Below, piece after piece: positions 10,439 through 22,244 of a stretch of 64,000 bases of DNA. Made by a program: the position numbers and the translations under genes. The first letter of the stretch is position 1; the number at the start of each line of letters is the position of its first letter. Where the stretch lies: positions 324,136,001 to 324,200,000 of the forward strand of contig OZ024742.1 of assembly GCA_964016885.1 (NCBI GenBank), given 5' to 3'. A model generated the notes under the pieces. It worked only from the letters and a program-made list of their open reading frames with translations, was not told the DNA's origin and ran no database searches. This DNA comes from Eledone cirrhosa. Taxonomy: Eukaryota.

Positions 10439-10558
10439 GCTATTTTTGCTTTAGTTGCCTATTCTACACCAGCAACTCGGATGGCCTTAACTGATACCCT
10501 TGAGAATGAACAGTGTTTTTGTAAGGTTAGAATGGAAGCCTGCTTCTGCCTTGCCAAA
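10439..10558 (+). CDS. TAF2: TAF2 coding exon 3
   Basis: ctag|GCT...AAA|gtaagt encodes AIFALVAYSTPATRMALTDTLENEQCFCKVRMEACFCLAK. Confidence 0.95.
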
Positions 10559-10968
10559 GTAAGTGAATGACTTTTCTATATAAACCACTTTATCTACAGT
10601 TTTCTTAAATAAACAGGAAGAAATGTTTAGAACTAAGATTGGAAGAAAATTTGTAGGGAAGACAGATGACATCTGAGAATTTTCAGCTGTACATAAGTAT
10701 CAACAGATACATATATGTTGATACTTACAGAAAATAATTTTTTGCATGTTTTTGCTTACATTTTTATTATATTAAATTGTTTATTTTATTTAATAATCTG
10801 TAAATATAATGACATTATTTTCAATATCCTTTAGAAAATTCAGTTTGGAATTTTCACTGAAAATGTCATGCTTTTATCTTAATAATTTATAAACTTAAAT
10901 AATATATAATTTCAGTTTTCATATTCACTTCATAAATGGGTAAAATAATTATCAATATTTCCTTGTAG

Positions 10969-11109
10969 GTTGCTAATGCCATGGTGTCAAGCTGGGCAGG
11001 TCCTCCAGCTATGATGACAATCTTCAGAAAGATGTTTGGCTCTTACTCATGTCCAATGATCATCAGACAGAACAACTTCTCGAATTTTCAACAATATTTC
11101 TTGTTAAAG
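10969..11109 (+). CDS. TAF2: TAF2 coding exon 4
   Basis: gtag|GTT...AAG|gtatag encodes VANAMVSSWAGPPAMMTIFRKMFGSYSCPMIIRQNNFSNFQQYFLLK. Confidence 0.95.
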
Positions 11110-11632
11110 GTATAGAGGAGTTTATTTTTTCTTTTTAATTGCTGTTGATGTTTGTCTTGGACTGTAAACTTAACCTTGGGTTGTAGATTTGAACTGTTTA
11201 ACCTGCCCTGTTTAGCCCTTTTCTCACCATCATCATCATCATCATCATCATTGTTTTACATCTACTTTTCCATGCCTGCATGGGTTGTATTGATGATGAT
11301 GATAATTTTTGGTGAGGTTTTTCTGGCTGGATGCTCTTCCTATTACAAACCACTTTACAACGTGGACTGGGTGCCACCAGCACTAGAGAGGTTTTCTAAT
11401 GCGACATATAGGCTCTTTTTCTTTACTCTCGGTCCCAAATAATATGGGGGGTGGGGGTGGGGTGGAGTAAAGGGGTGGGGGGGGGGGGGGGGGGTCAGTG
11501 ATTTTTTTTTCTAGGTTGTCTCCATTGATTTTTTTTAAATTGGAAAATATTTGAAAAAATAATAAGTGTGGGACGGTGGGGAGATTCGAGGTCTGAGAGT
11601 ATTTATTTGTACCTGAACTGATGAGAAATAAA

Positions 11633-12960
11633 TTAAATGGAGTATAGCAAGGAATTTAGCATACAGGTTGGTGTCCACCAGGGCTCTGTTCTTAGCCCTC
11701 TCCTGTTCATCATAGTCCTGCAGGCAATAACGGAGGAGTTTAAGACCGGATGCCCATGGGAACTCCTGTATGCTGATGACCTCACACTTATAGCTGAATC
11801 TATGGTAGAACTAGAGAATAAATTCGAAACTTGGAAGCAGGGACTAGAAAGAAAGGGTCTCAAAGTCAACATGACAAAGACTAAGGTCCTTGTAAGTAGA
11901 CGAGAAAACAGAACCCAGATCCCCTCAGGGAAATGGCCTTGCTCAGTATGTAGGAAAGGTGTAGGTAGGAACTCCATTCTCTGCCCCACATGCAAACAAT
12001 GGGTACACAAGAGATGTAGCGGGATCTCAGGAAGCTTTATTAAGAAACTAGGCTTCACATGCAGCAGCTGTGCTGGGACAGCAAGCAGCAAACAGCCACA
12101 GGAAACAAGTACCACCAATCTCTGGGAGGGCTCTGTAGAAACAGTAGACAGCTTCTGCTACCTAGGTGACCGAATTAGCATCGGAGGTGGGTGTTCAGAA
12201 AGTACAATAACTAGGATAAGAACGGGATGAAAGAAGTTCAAGGAACTACTGCCACTGCTAGCTGCAAAAGGCTTCTCCCTTAAAATGAAAGGCAGACTGT
12301 ATGATGCATGTATCCGAACAGCAATGTTACATGGTAGTGAGACTTGCGTAGATTAGAAAGAAACGAAGCCTGCATGCTCCGATGGATGTGTAATAGTAAT
12401 ATACGCGAACGGCAAAGCATAAATGAATTGAGAGAGAGAGTGAGCATAAGAGGAATCAAATGCTGTGTGCAGGAGAGGCGGTTGCGTTGGTATGGAGATG
12501 TGATGCGTATGAAGGATGACAGCTGCATAAAAAGGTGCAGAGCACTAAAAGTCAATGGAAACCGCGGAGTGGGGAGACCCAAGAAGACCTGGGATGAGGT
12601 GATAAAAGCCGACCTTACCCAATTACACCTCTCAAAGGCGATGACACACGACCGTGACCTCTGGCGTCACGCAGTAATACAGAGTACGCGACCTCTCATG
12701 GGTACAAGCTGAAGCATATAGACAATATGCCCCAACACCCTCCCACTGCAAAGTGGTCGTGGAGGTGCCATGGCAAAAAAGCACCCAGCACTCACTGTAA
12801 ATGAGGTTGGTGTTAGGAAGGGCATCCAGCTGTAGAAATCAAGCCAAAATCAGTTCCTGTATGAGCAAGGCATGGTCAGCCGACCAGACTGCCCACAACA
12901 TGACAACCTGTCTAACCCATGCTAGCATGGAAGAATGGACGTAAAACGGTGATGATGATG
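11633..12960 (+). mobile_element. 5'-truncated RTE LINE (subfamily 1)
   Basis: GVHQGSVLSPLLF, LLYADDL, C4HC3 finger, RPKKTW, (GAT)n tail; highly similar to 36660-38051. Confidence 0.92.
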
Positions 12961-13828
12961 TCTTTTTGCTGGAATCAACTTTTTCATGTATATTTCCACC
13001 ATTAATTAATAGAGTTATGAAGAAAATCTTTAATCAACAAATTTCATTTAAATTATATAATTTGCAATAAAAATAAAAGATTAAATAATGAAAGTAACAC
13101 CACAGCACCCTTATGTATGACTCCATCAAGAGTTATGGGTCCATACATATCTAAGACTACATTATCCAATATACCCTTTATAAATGTAGTATTTAATAAC
13201 CATTTTCATGCCATGCTCCACTGTAACACCTCTGTCTCCTTATCAGTAGAAAAATATGTTTGGTATTAAAAAGATATAATGTAAAATTTGGAAACATTCG
13301 CCCTGAAATATTCAAATTGCTTCCTTGTTGTGGTATATGCTCCACAGTCAAAATCACTGTGGTAGAGTGTCATTTGAGTTAGATGCGACTGCTATTTCTA
13401 GCAGTTCGAGTAATCACATAGAAGCTCCCTTGTTGGCTCATTGAAACCATTATTTGTTTCAAATGAGGGCAGTAGATTGGCAGAATAAGTAGAGCATCAG
13501 ATAAAATACTTTCTGGTATTTACTTATGACTCTATGTTCTGAGTTCAAATCCTGCCAATGTCAACTTTGCCTTTCATTCTGCTGGGATCAATACAATAAA
13601 ATGCCAGTTAAGCACTGGGTTTCATATATTTGACTTTCTCCTTCCCTCAAATTATTGGCCTTGTGCAAATGCTAGAAATAATTATTTACTTCAAATTGTA
13701 AAAAGAATTATTTTTTTCAGTTTTCCAAAATTTCTAAAAATTTTTGTTTTTGTTGTTGAATAGTTTTGTTTTTTGTTTCCAATTTAGCTTTAGTTAATAC
13801 CTCTACTTTTTATTTTATTTCATTACAG

Positions 13829-13939
13829 ACAATTCCTTGTGCAATGGCTCGTTTACGTAACATTCACAATATATGTCCCAATGATGTGCTGAAATTTCTT
13901 CTTGACCTTTTCAAATATAACGATAATTCTAAAAACAAG
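13829..13939 (+). CDS. TAF2: TAF2 coding exon 5
   Basis: acag|ACA...AAG|gtaagt encodes TIPCAMARLRNIHNICPNDVLKFLLDLFKYNDNSKNK. Confidence 0.95.
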
Positions 13940-14495
13940 GTAAGTTCATCATCATCATCATCATCAAACATCTGTTTTCCTGGTTAGCAAGGGTTGGACA
14001 TGTTGTTACATCCTGTAAGGTGGTTGGTGGTGGGAAGGATGTCCTCCTGTAGAAACTATGTGAAAAAGGGTTGAGAAGGCTCTTCAGTTGTATCAACTTC
14101 TTAGTGTGGTTGATCTACATGATAAATGCATTTGTTCACTCTGTAATGTGGTTGGTGACTGGAAGAGCATCCAGCCATAGAAAACTTGCCAAAGGATTGA
14201 GAAGGCTCTTCAACTGTGTCAAAAATATAACAAACTCTCTAATGCTGGTGCCACAATAAAATGCACTTGATAGAGATGGGAATGTATATGTAAGCAAGAT
14301 GCTAACCTCCAGCCCATCTGAGCAGCTGATAGAAGGCAGTCCCCATGGCTCATCTGACAGTAGTTCTGATTAAGCAACCTTTGCTAGCAGGGGAAATGAA
14401 CATTAAATAATGATGATGAATCACCTTTATAGTCTTTGCTACATTGTTGCTTCATTACTATATAATTATTCACTAAATAATGATCTGGTGATAGG

Positions 14496-14618
14496 CAGTG
14501 CCGGATTTAGGACAAATGAGGCCCTGTGCTAGTTAAGTTACGAGGCCCCTTACTTGGGTCCTGAATTGTGGTTAGCTGTGCTTAAGCACACCTAACCACA
14601 ATGGTAAATCTGACACTG
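14496..14618. mobile_element. hAT-type MITE
   Basis: TIRs CAGTGCCGGATTTA / TAAATCTGACACTG; 8-bp TSD gtgatagg / gtgatagt; internal hairpin. Confidence 0.75.
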
Positions 14619-14743
14619 GTGATAGTTTAAAATAATGTTTATATTTCGTTTGTTGTTATTCTGAAATATTTTCTAATTTTTGTATTTTTTTCTAAATCCT
14701 GGTTTACAACCAATTAAAAGAAAAACATGTTTTCTATCTGCAG

Positions 14744-14829
14744 TATTCTGATAACTATTATCGTGCTGCATTAATTGATGCATTAGCTGCAACTGTAACA
14801 CCTGCTGTTGCTGCTGTCAGTCTTCTCAA
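14744..14829 (+). CDS. TAF2: TAF2 coding exon 6
   Basis: gcag|TAT...AA|gtaagt encodes YSDNYYRAALIDALAATVTPAVAAVSLL(N). Confidence 0.95.
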
Positions 14830-16254
14830 GTAAGTATTTGCAGTATCACCCACTGTTGTAACACATATTGTCGTAACACCTATTGCTGTAATACCTTTCT
14901 GTGTGTCAACTACTGTAATAACTTTTTACCTGTCTACCTATAACACCTACTACTGAAATACCTACTGCTCTAATACCTTCCTACCTGTCTACTGCTGTAA
15001 TATCTTTCTGTCTTCAGTTATGCCATAGACATGACAACCTCCCTAGTGTTGGTGAACTACATGATAAACCATCACTCAGTACACTCTGTGAAGTGGTTGC
15101 TGATATGAATGACATCCAGTCATAGAAAACTTGCTAAGCAAAGTGTTGGGAAGACTCCTCAGCTGTGTTATAGACATGATAACTTCCCTAGTGTTGGTGC
15201 CACGATAAAATGCAATTGGTAGAGTGTGAGATCTGTATCGGACCCCTGGACAACCAAGAAGTCTGAGGCTCTGCTTGAATACTAATTGGTCTACAACAAC
15301 ATGTAAAACCCTTGCTAGCAGAGAAGACAGACGTTAAATGATGATGATGTGTCTGCCTGTCTGTTTGGCTGTCCTTTTTGTTCTCCTATTGCTGATGTGC
15401 AAGAACAACAACCTTCACTCCAACTCATAATGATCCCTTATGTAATCACAACTGCTTCTCTATTAGAATGCAGGCAGTCTGCTAGCTACCCACTTCAGTA
15501 ACTACAGGCCTAGTCATGTATATATGATGGTACATACTACTGAAACACTCTATCAGATTTTTTGTTTTGTTGTATTGTTTCATTGCTTGATGTTGGATTG
15601 ATTATTATTTTGTTTTACTTTGTTTCATTCACAGGGGTCTGAGTTAAAATAGGTAGAAGGTTTGATAAGAAAACATTGAGAGAGAGAGAAATAGATGTGG
15701 GGAGTTTAAATTTGATATCCAAGCACACCTTTATAACTTATCTTTTCCAGTTTAGAATTAATTTCTTTAACCCTTTTTGTTACTATATTATTAATGAAAA
15801 ACATTGCCTATGATTTTCAAATCATACTGAAATTAATCAAGAATTTGGAAGGATTTGAGAATATAACTAACTTTCTCATTATTTAGTTAGTGTTTAGAAG
15901 ATAACTTTACAAAAAATTATGATGAAAGGTTTTAAAATAAATATAAACACTTTAACCCTTTATCATTTAAACTGGTCGTATCCAGCCAGAATTCTCTCAC
16001 TTCTGTAACCAGCTGCTCATACCAATGTTAAGTTATTGTTCTCAAAATAAATATCAAAATCTTGTAGCTTTGATATTTTGTGATATAAAGCCTTTACCGT
16101 GAAAATACAATATTAAATATAGAGTAATGTAAAGGGTTAAAGCAGTTTTGTATCATAGAATAAATGGGTAATTTCAGATAGTTTGGTATGAAAAGTGTTA
16201 AGTAATGAACTATGTTTTCTCATTTGTTTTGTTTTTGTTTGTTCTTCTTCCCAG

Positions 16255-16371
16255 CACTGGAATTAATCTGGATAGTCTGTCTGCTGATGTAAAGCTAATA
16301 CTTGAAGAAATCACACGTTACATGAATCTCGAAAAGCTGTTGCCCTGCTATCGTCATACAGTTGCGGTCAG
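16255..16371 (+). CDS. TAF2: TAF2 coding exon 7
   Basis: ccag|C ACT...GTC AG|gtagct encodes TGINLDSLSADVKLILEEITRYMNLEKLLPCYRHTVAV(S). Confidence 0.95.
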
Positions 16372-16374
16372 GTA

Positions 16375-16850
16375 GCTTTTCTTCTCTTCTTTTTCGTCCA
16401 CTTATTCCTGAGAGGGTCGTGGAGGCAGAGTCCTCAGACTCTCCTTCCAGTGGGTCCTATCAGAAGCAACCGTCTCTAACTGATCATGGATGTTATCCAA
16501 CCTTCTTGCTTTGGGGTCTACCCTGGATCTCTTGTCGATTGCTTTTACCTGTAAAATCTATCTAGCGATTCTTTCCTGAGACATTCTAACCGCATGCCCA
16601 TAGTATTGGAGCTGTTATCTCTCAATTTGGAGTAGTGACTCTACTTGGAGTGACTCCCTGATCTCCGAGCTACGCACTTTTTCGAGTAATGTTACTCCAA
16701 AGACCCTTTGGAGAAATTCCATTTCGGCCGTTTGTATTCGCGATCGTATTCTTTTGGTCATTACCCAAGATTCATGACCATAGGTAAGGGTTGGCATGAA
16801 AACCGAATTGAAGATAGCGAGTTTGGTTTTTATGCCTATTCTTCTGATAA
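16375..16850 (-). mobile_element. Degenerate RTE-like LINE 3' fragment
   Basis: PTLTYGHESW...RIQTAEMEFL..VFGVTLLEKVRSSEIRESL is a LINE RT C-terminus. Confidence 0.75.
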
Positions 16851-17335
16851 GTAGTAACAATACCATATATTGTATCGCCTGAGTACTTGACTGGTACTTT
16901 ATTTTATCAACCCCATAAGGATGAAAGATGACGTTAACCTCTGTGGTTAAATCAGAAATGCTACTAAACATTTGTCCAACCCCCTAATGACACTGCCAAT
17001 CGACTACCATGTTGTACATTAATAATTGTAGGCACAAGGCCAACAATTTGAAGGGGAGGGGAAAGTCGATTAAATCAACCCCAGTGCATTACTGGTACTT
17101 TATTTTATCGACCCTTGTAAGGATGAAAGGCAAAGCTATCTTCGGCAGGATTTGAACTCAGAATGTAAAGGATCATAACTAAATACTGCAAAGCATTTTG
17201 TCCGACGCTCTACCGATTCTGCCAGAATACAGTGTACTCTAGTGTACACCTCTGTTTAGTTATTCTGGTAACAGTTTTGGTTGTGATAACATATATAGTT
17301 TTATATATTTTTCCACTTTCTTTTTTGTCTTGCAG

Positions 17336-17475
17336 CTGTATTCGTGCAATCCGTGTGTTGCAAAAGAATGGTCATCTTCCCAGTGATCCGCAGATATTTG
17401 AGAGTTATGCAAAGTATGGTATTTACAGAGATATACGACTAGCAGCTTTGGAAGCCTTGGTTGACTATATTAGTG
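17336..17475 (+). CDS. TAF2: TAF2 coding exon 8
   Basis: gcag|C TGT...AGT G|gtgagt encodes CIRAIRVLQKNGHLPSDPQIFESYAKYGIYRDIRLAALEALVDYIS. Confidence 0.95.
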
Positions 17476-17536
17476 GTGAGTGCCATATTGGATTTATTCT
17501 TTTTTTATAGGAGAGTTCTAGAAGAATTTGCTAAGT

Positions 17537-17571
<35 letters not shown>

Positions 17572-18114
17572 TATTTTTGGGAAGTCTAATTGGGAAGGGT
17601 AATGCTTATGGTTCTTTTCAAAGCCTCTTTGACTGGTGGGAAGGAGGGAAAGATTTATGCTCACTTTTTTCTTTTTGGGTTATTCATTATGGACATACTT
17701 AACACTGACCTCCAAGTCATTTTTTGCTGCCAGCCATAACTTTCGATTTTCAAACCTTTTCTTCCATGCAAATCCAAGTATATCCATTATACTTTAGTAA
17801 CAAATTCATGTATATATTTTTTTTCATACATTATTCACTTAACTTAATCACCCTTGTTCAGTTTAACACCATCATCTAATCTTTGGGGGCTTTTAGCAGA
17901 GTCCACTCTGTTGCAAGTATTTGGGCCAGGTTTTCAGTTTGGGGCTGCCTTCCTGTCTATCTTCAACTTGTCCCGGGGGCCCTGAAACAGGTCATAGGTA
18001 CTGCTCTTCCTTCCTTCATGAAGCAGTAAAAGAAAAAAAAAGTTTCCACTAGTATATTGTTTCCAGTTGCTAAATTATTGATTTTTCAGAATTTATAAAT
18101 TTCTTCTCTTCCAG

Positions 18115-18184
18115 CTGATGTCAATGCTGATAAACTAAACTGGTTGATCAACTTAATGCAAACTGATCCTGATATATATGTCAG
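18115..18184 (+). CDS. TAF2: TAF2 coding exon 9
   Basis: ccag|CT GAT...GTC AG|gtaaaa encodes (A)DVNADKLNWLINLMQTDPDIYV(R). Confidence 0.92.
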
Positions 18185-18600
18185 GTAAAAAATTTGATAC
18201 TGTATTGTTGTTTAGCTCCTAAGTGAACTCTGATCAAACTTTTGAAACTTAAAGAATGTAGGGCTACATTATCCAATATTTCTTTGCTTTTCTAAAGATA
18301 TAGGTGTGATTTGAAGAGGTTTGGCTGCTATTTCTAGAAGGCTGAGCAACTATAAAAGCAAACAAACAAACACATTCAGCTTAAACATATATGTTGTTGT
18401 GTTGTTGCTTAACTTTCGCCAACCGTGACTGAGCAGATCTGTGACCAAGACTTGCCCATTTGTTTTTTGTATATCAGCAGCTTCACCTTCTAGTATGTTT
18501 TTCCTTTTATAGGAAATGTGCCTGTTGTATTTAGTAGGTCAAGCAATCAAAAATAAACTACTGTCATTAGCTCATGTACATTTTATTGTTTTCCTTGCAG

Positions 18601-18705
18601 GCACAGAATAATGGAAATGCTTTGTAAAAGGCCCCCATTTTTTAAAGGAGACTCAAGTCCATTAAATACTGAAGCATTGGTGGATAGTTTATGGAAATTG
18701 ATGAT
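18601..18705 (+). CDS. TAF2: TAF2 coding exon 10
   Basis: gcag|G CAC...ATG AT|gtaaga encodes HRIMEMLCKRPPFFKGDSSPLNTEALVDSLWKLM(I). Confidence 0.93.
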
Positions 18706-19367
18706 GTAAGATATTAATGAAGCATTTCTACTGCCATTAAAAAAAATTCCTACTTTCTAATTGTCATATTAAAATAACAAAATTATTCATTGTTAAACTG
18801 GTGTTAGGAACATAACTGATTCAAGACTGATAGAACAAGACGTCCATTTTCCACACTAGCATGGGTTAAGCAGGTTGTCCCGTTTAAGGCAAGTTGTGTC
18901 AGGTGACCATGTCTTGCTCATATTGGACTGTTTCTGGCTAGGTTTCTATGGCTGGATGCCTTTCCTAACGCCAACCACATTTACAGTGTGGGCTGGGTGC
19001 TTTTTGTTGTGACTCCAACACAGCCACTTTACAGTGCGGGTAGGGTACTTTTTGTCGTGACACCTACATGACCACTCTACAGTGTGGGCTGGGTGTTTTT
19101 TGTTGTGACACCTACACGACCACTTTACAGTGTGGGCTGAATGTTTTTATGATACCAACATAACTTTACTGTGTAAGGATGGTATAGACAGAAGTAGGAG
19201 GGTGGTTGAGGGGCTTGTGGGGTGTATGGAAGGCATATAGTGGTTAATTGGTTAAGAAGTGCCTACTAAATATATATATATATATATATATCAGTTAGGG
19301 TGTGGTAAAAACCGGTAGACCTTAATCCACCTGAGTACTCAATACTTGGTGTAGTAGAGTGGGTAAT

Positions 19368-19499
19368 ATGAAAAGATTCAGGACCCTGACGGCTGAGCTC
19401 TGGCCGTTTCAACAGATAGATCCGAACTAAAGCGTTTTAGTTCGGATCTAGCTGTCGAAATGGCTGGAGCTCAGCCGTTGGGGTCCTGAATCATTTCAT
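19368..19499. repeat. ~130-nt palindrome (probable MITE) upstream of exon 11
   Basis: gattcaggaccc...gatccgaactaaa gcg ttttagttcggatc...gggtcctgaatc; arms of ~60 nt. Confidence 0.85.
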
Positions 19500-19683
19500 G
19501 TATGTATATATATGAAACAGGTGAGTATGATTTATTATTGATCTAACTGGATTGTAAACTTTTTATTTAATGAAGCACTAGTAGACTTCAGAAAATAATT
19601 CAGCACTATTTATGTTGCTGCCACTTACATAATTTGATTCATTGCATCCTTTTGACTTGTGTGTTCTCCCATATTCTCTCCAG

Positions 19684-19783
19684 AACTGGTTCACCCCATG
19701 ACAGTCGTCTCCGATGTGGTATTGCAGACCTTTATTATTCTCTTTATGGTCGCTCTCGGCCCGCAAAATTGCCCATTCCTGAG
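19684..19783 (+). CDS. TAF2: TAF2 coding exon 11
   Basis: ccag|A ACT...GAG|gtaagt encodes TGSPHDSRLRCGIADLYYSLYGRSRPAKLPIPE. Confidence 0.95.
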
Positions 19784-19881
19784 GTAAGTGTAAATCTATC
19801 TGTATGCATACATACACACATACACACAAAACATGTATGTGAGTATATATATATGTATGTACATACACACACATCTCTCTC

Positions 19882-19913
<32 letters not shown>

Positions 19914-19914
<1 letters not shown>

Positions 19915-22056
19915 GTAGCTTGGAAGTGTCACTATGAAAGGCTACTAAATGAGGAGAATAAATGGGAGAAAGACAGTCTCCCCCACATCGACCCAATAGA
20001 GGGACCAGCAGTGTTAGTCGAGGGTAGTATAATAAGTAAGGCAATCAAAGATATGAAGACGGGTAAGGCGGCTGGGCCTTCGGAAATAGTTGCCGAGATG
20101 CTGAAGGCATCTGGTACGGTGGGACACACCATGGTCACCCGGATAGTCAACCAAGTCATACAGAATGGGGCTGTTCCGAAGGACTGGCGTAGCAGCATCA
20201 TCGTTAACTGTTATAAGGGTAAAGGAGATGCCCTAGATAGGAGTAACTATAGAGGCATTAAATTAATCGACCAGGTCATGAAGGTCACGGAAAAAGTAAT
20301 AGCGCAACTAATCAGAGAGCGAATTGATCTAGATGAAATGCAGTTCGGGTTTGTATCAGGAAAAAGTACCACAGACGCACTTTTCATTGTACGACAACTA
20401 CAAGAGAAGTACCTGGCTAAAAGTAAACCCCTATACTTAGCTTTCGTCGACTTGGAGAAAGCCTTCGACAGAGTCCCCCGTTCCAGTATCTGGTGGGCTC
20501 TTAGAAAACTAGGTGTTGATGAATGGCTTGTGAGAGCTATACAAGCCATGTATAAAGAAACAGTCAGCAAGGTTAGAATTAACAACGAATATAGTGAAGA
20601 GTTTAGTGTAAAAGTTGGTGTTCATCAGGGCTCTGTTCTTAGCCCCCTACTATTTATTATTGCCCTCCAGGCTATAACAGAGGAGTTCAAGACCGGCTGC
20701 CCATGGGAACTCCTATACGCAGATGATCTAACGCTCATAGCTGAAACAATGGCCGAGCTAGAGAAGAAATTCCAAACATGGAAGCACGGCCTATAATCAA
20801 AGGCCTTCAAATTAACCTGGCTAAGACCAAAGTTCTAGTTTGTAAGAAAGAAAATAAGGCGGCGGTCCCCTCCGGGAAGTGGCCATGCTCAGAGTGTAGG
20901 AAAGGCGTAGGTAGAAACTCCATTTTGTGTCCCAAATGCAAAGTTTGGGTGCATAAAAGATGTAGTGGGATCACAGGTAAGCTAACTAAGAACATAGATT
21001 TTACATGTGGCCGGTGTTCTGGGGCAATAAGTAGCAGCAAGTGCCCCAAAAATACTAGCTCTTTCAACTGCGCAGAGGGTTCTATAGAAATAGTGGACAG
21101 CTTCCATTACCTGGGTGACAAAATCAGCAGTGGGGGAGGGTGCTCTGAAAGTACAGTAGCTAGAGTCAGAACTGGGTGGAAAAAGTTCAGAGAGCTCATA
21201 CCACTATTAGCCACTAAAGGGTTCTCCCTAAAAAGGAAAGGCAGGTTGTACGATGCCTGCATACGAACAGCAATGTTGCATGGCAGTGAGACCTGGGCAT
21301 TGTGTGCAGAGGATATACGCAGACTAGAGAGAAACGAAGCTTGCATGCTCCGCTGGATGTGTAATAGTAATATACGTGAACGGCAAAGCATAAACGAACT
21401 AAGGAAAAAATTAGAAATAAGAGGGATCAGATGTTGTTTACTCGAGAGAAGGCTACGTTGGTATGGTCACGTGATGCGCATGAAGGACGATAGCTGTATA
21501 ACAAAGTGCAGGGCAATAAAGATAGACGGTAGCCACGGAATAGGCAGACCCAGAAAAACCTGGGACGAGCTGATAAATTCCGACCTCACACACTTACACC
21601 TCTCCAAGACAATGTTACTGGACCGAGACCTTTGGGGGTACTCAGTAATAGAGAAGACCCGCCTTACCTAAATACAAAGTAAAACCTACTACAGTCAGTA
21701 GGCATCTCTAACAAAATACACCCCCGTACCACCACCCCCACCCCATCCACACCGCCCCTTTCAATATAAAGTTATGTTGGTGCCACAACATCCAGGCCGA
21801 AACAAATGAGATCGTGTAGGTGTCACGTCAAAAAAACACACAGTTTACGCTGTAATGTGGCCGTGTAGGCAACACGGTAAAAACCTCCCAGTCCCACACT
21901 GTAAATGTGGTTGGTGTTAGGAAGGGCATCCAGCTGTAGAAAACCCGCCAGATAGTCCTATGCGAGCAAGATAACCACTCTTGCCTCAAGTGGGAAAACC
22001 CTCCATCCAAACCCATGCAAGCATGGAACACGGACGTTAAACGATGATGAGGATGA
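19914..22056 (+). mobile_element. 5'-truncated RTE LINE (subfamily 2), inserted in (TA)n
   Basis: ORFs 20011..20796 and 20778..21671 (one frameshift): NYRGIKL, FVDLEKAFD, QGSVLSP, YADD, PHD-like finger; (GAT)n tail; (TA)n on both sides. Confidence 0.95.
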
Positions 22057-22244
22057 TATATATATATATATGGAGAATAGGGTGGCTGTGTAGTTGGTAG
22101 TTAAGGTAGGCTTAAAAATAGGAATAAGAATAAGAAGAAAGCAAGAAGGGGGGGGGGGGGGGGTTCCCTCATCAGTTGTCTACTGGGGGTCTCGGATATA
22201 TATATACTTACACACATATCTATCTATCTATCTATCTATATATA

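Noticed and set aside
11446-11494. G-run with G-quadruplex potential (also 22148-22162)
   Set aside because: Homopolymer-type runs inside repeat-derived sequence; no evidence of function, and the length is error-prone
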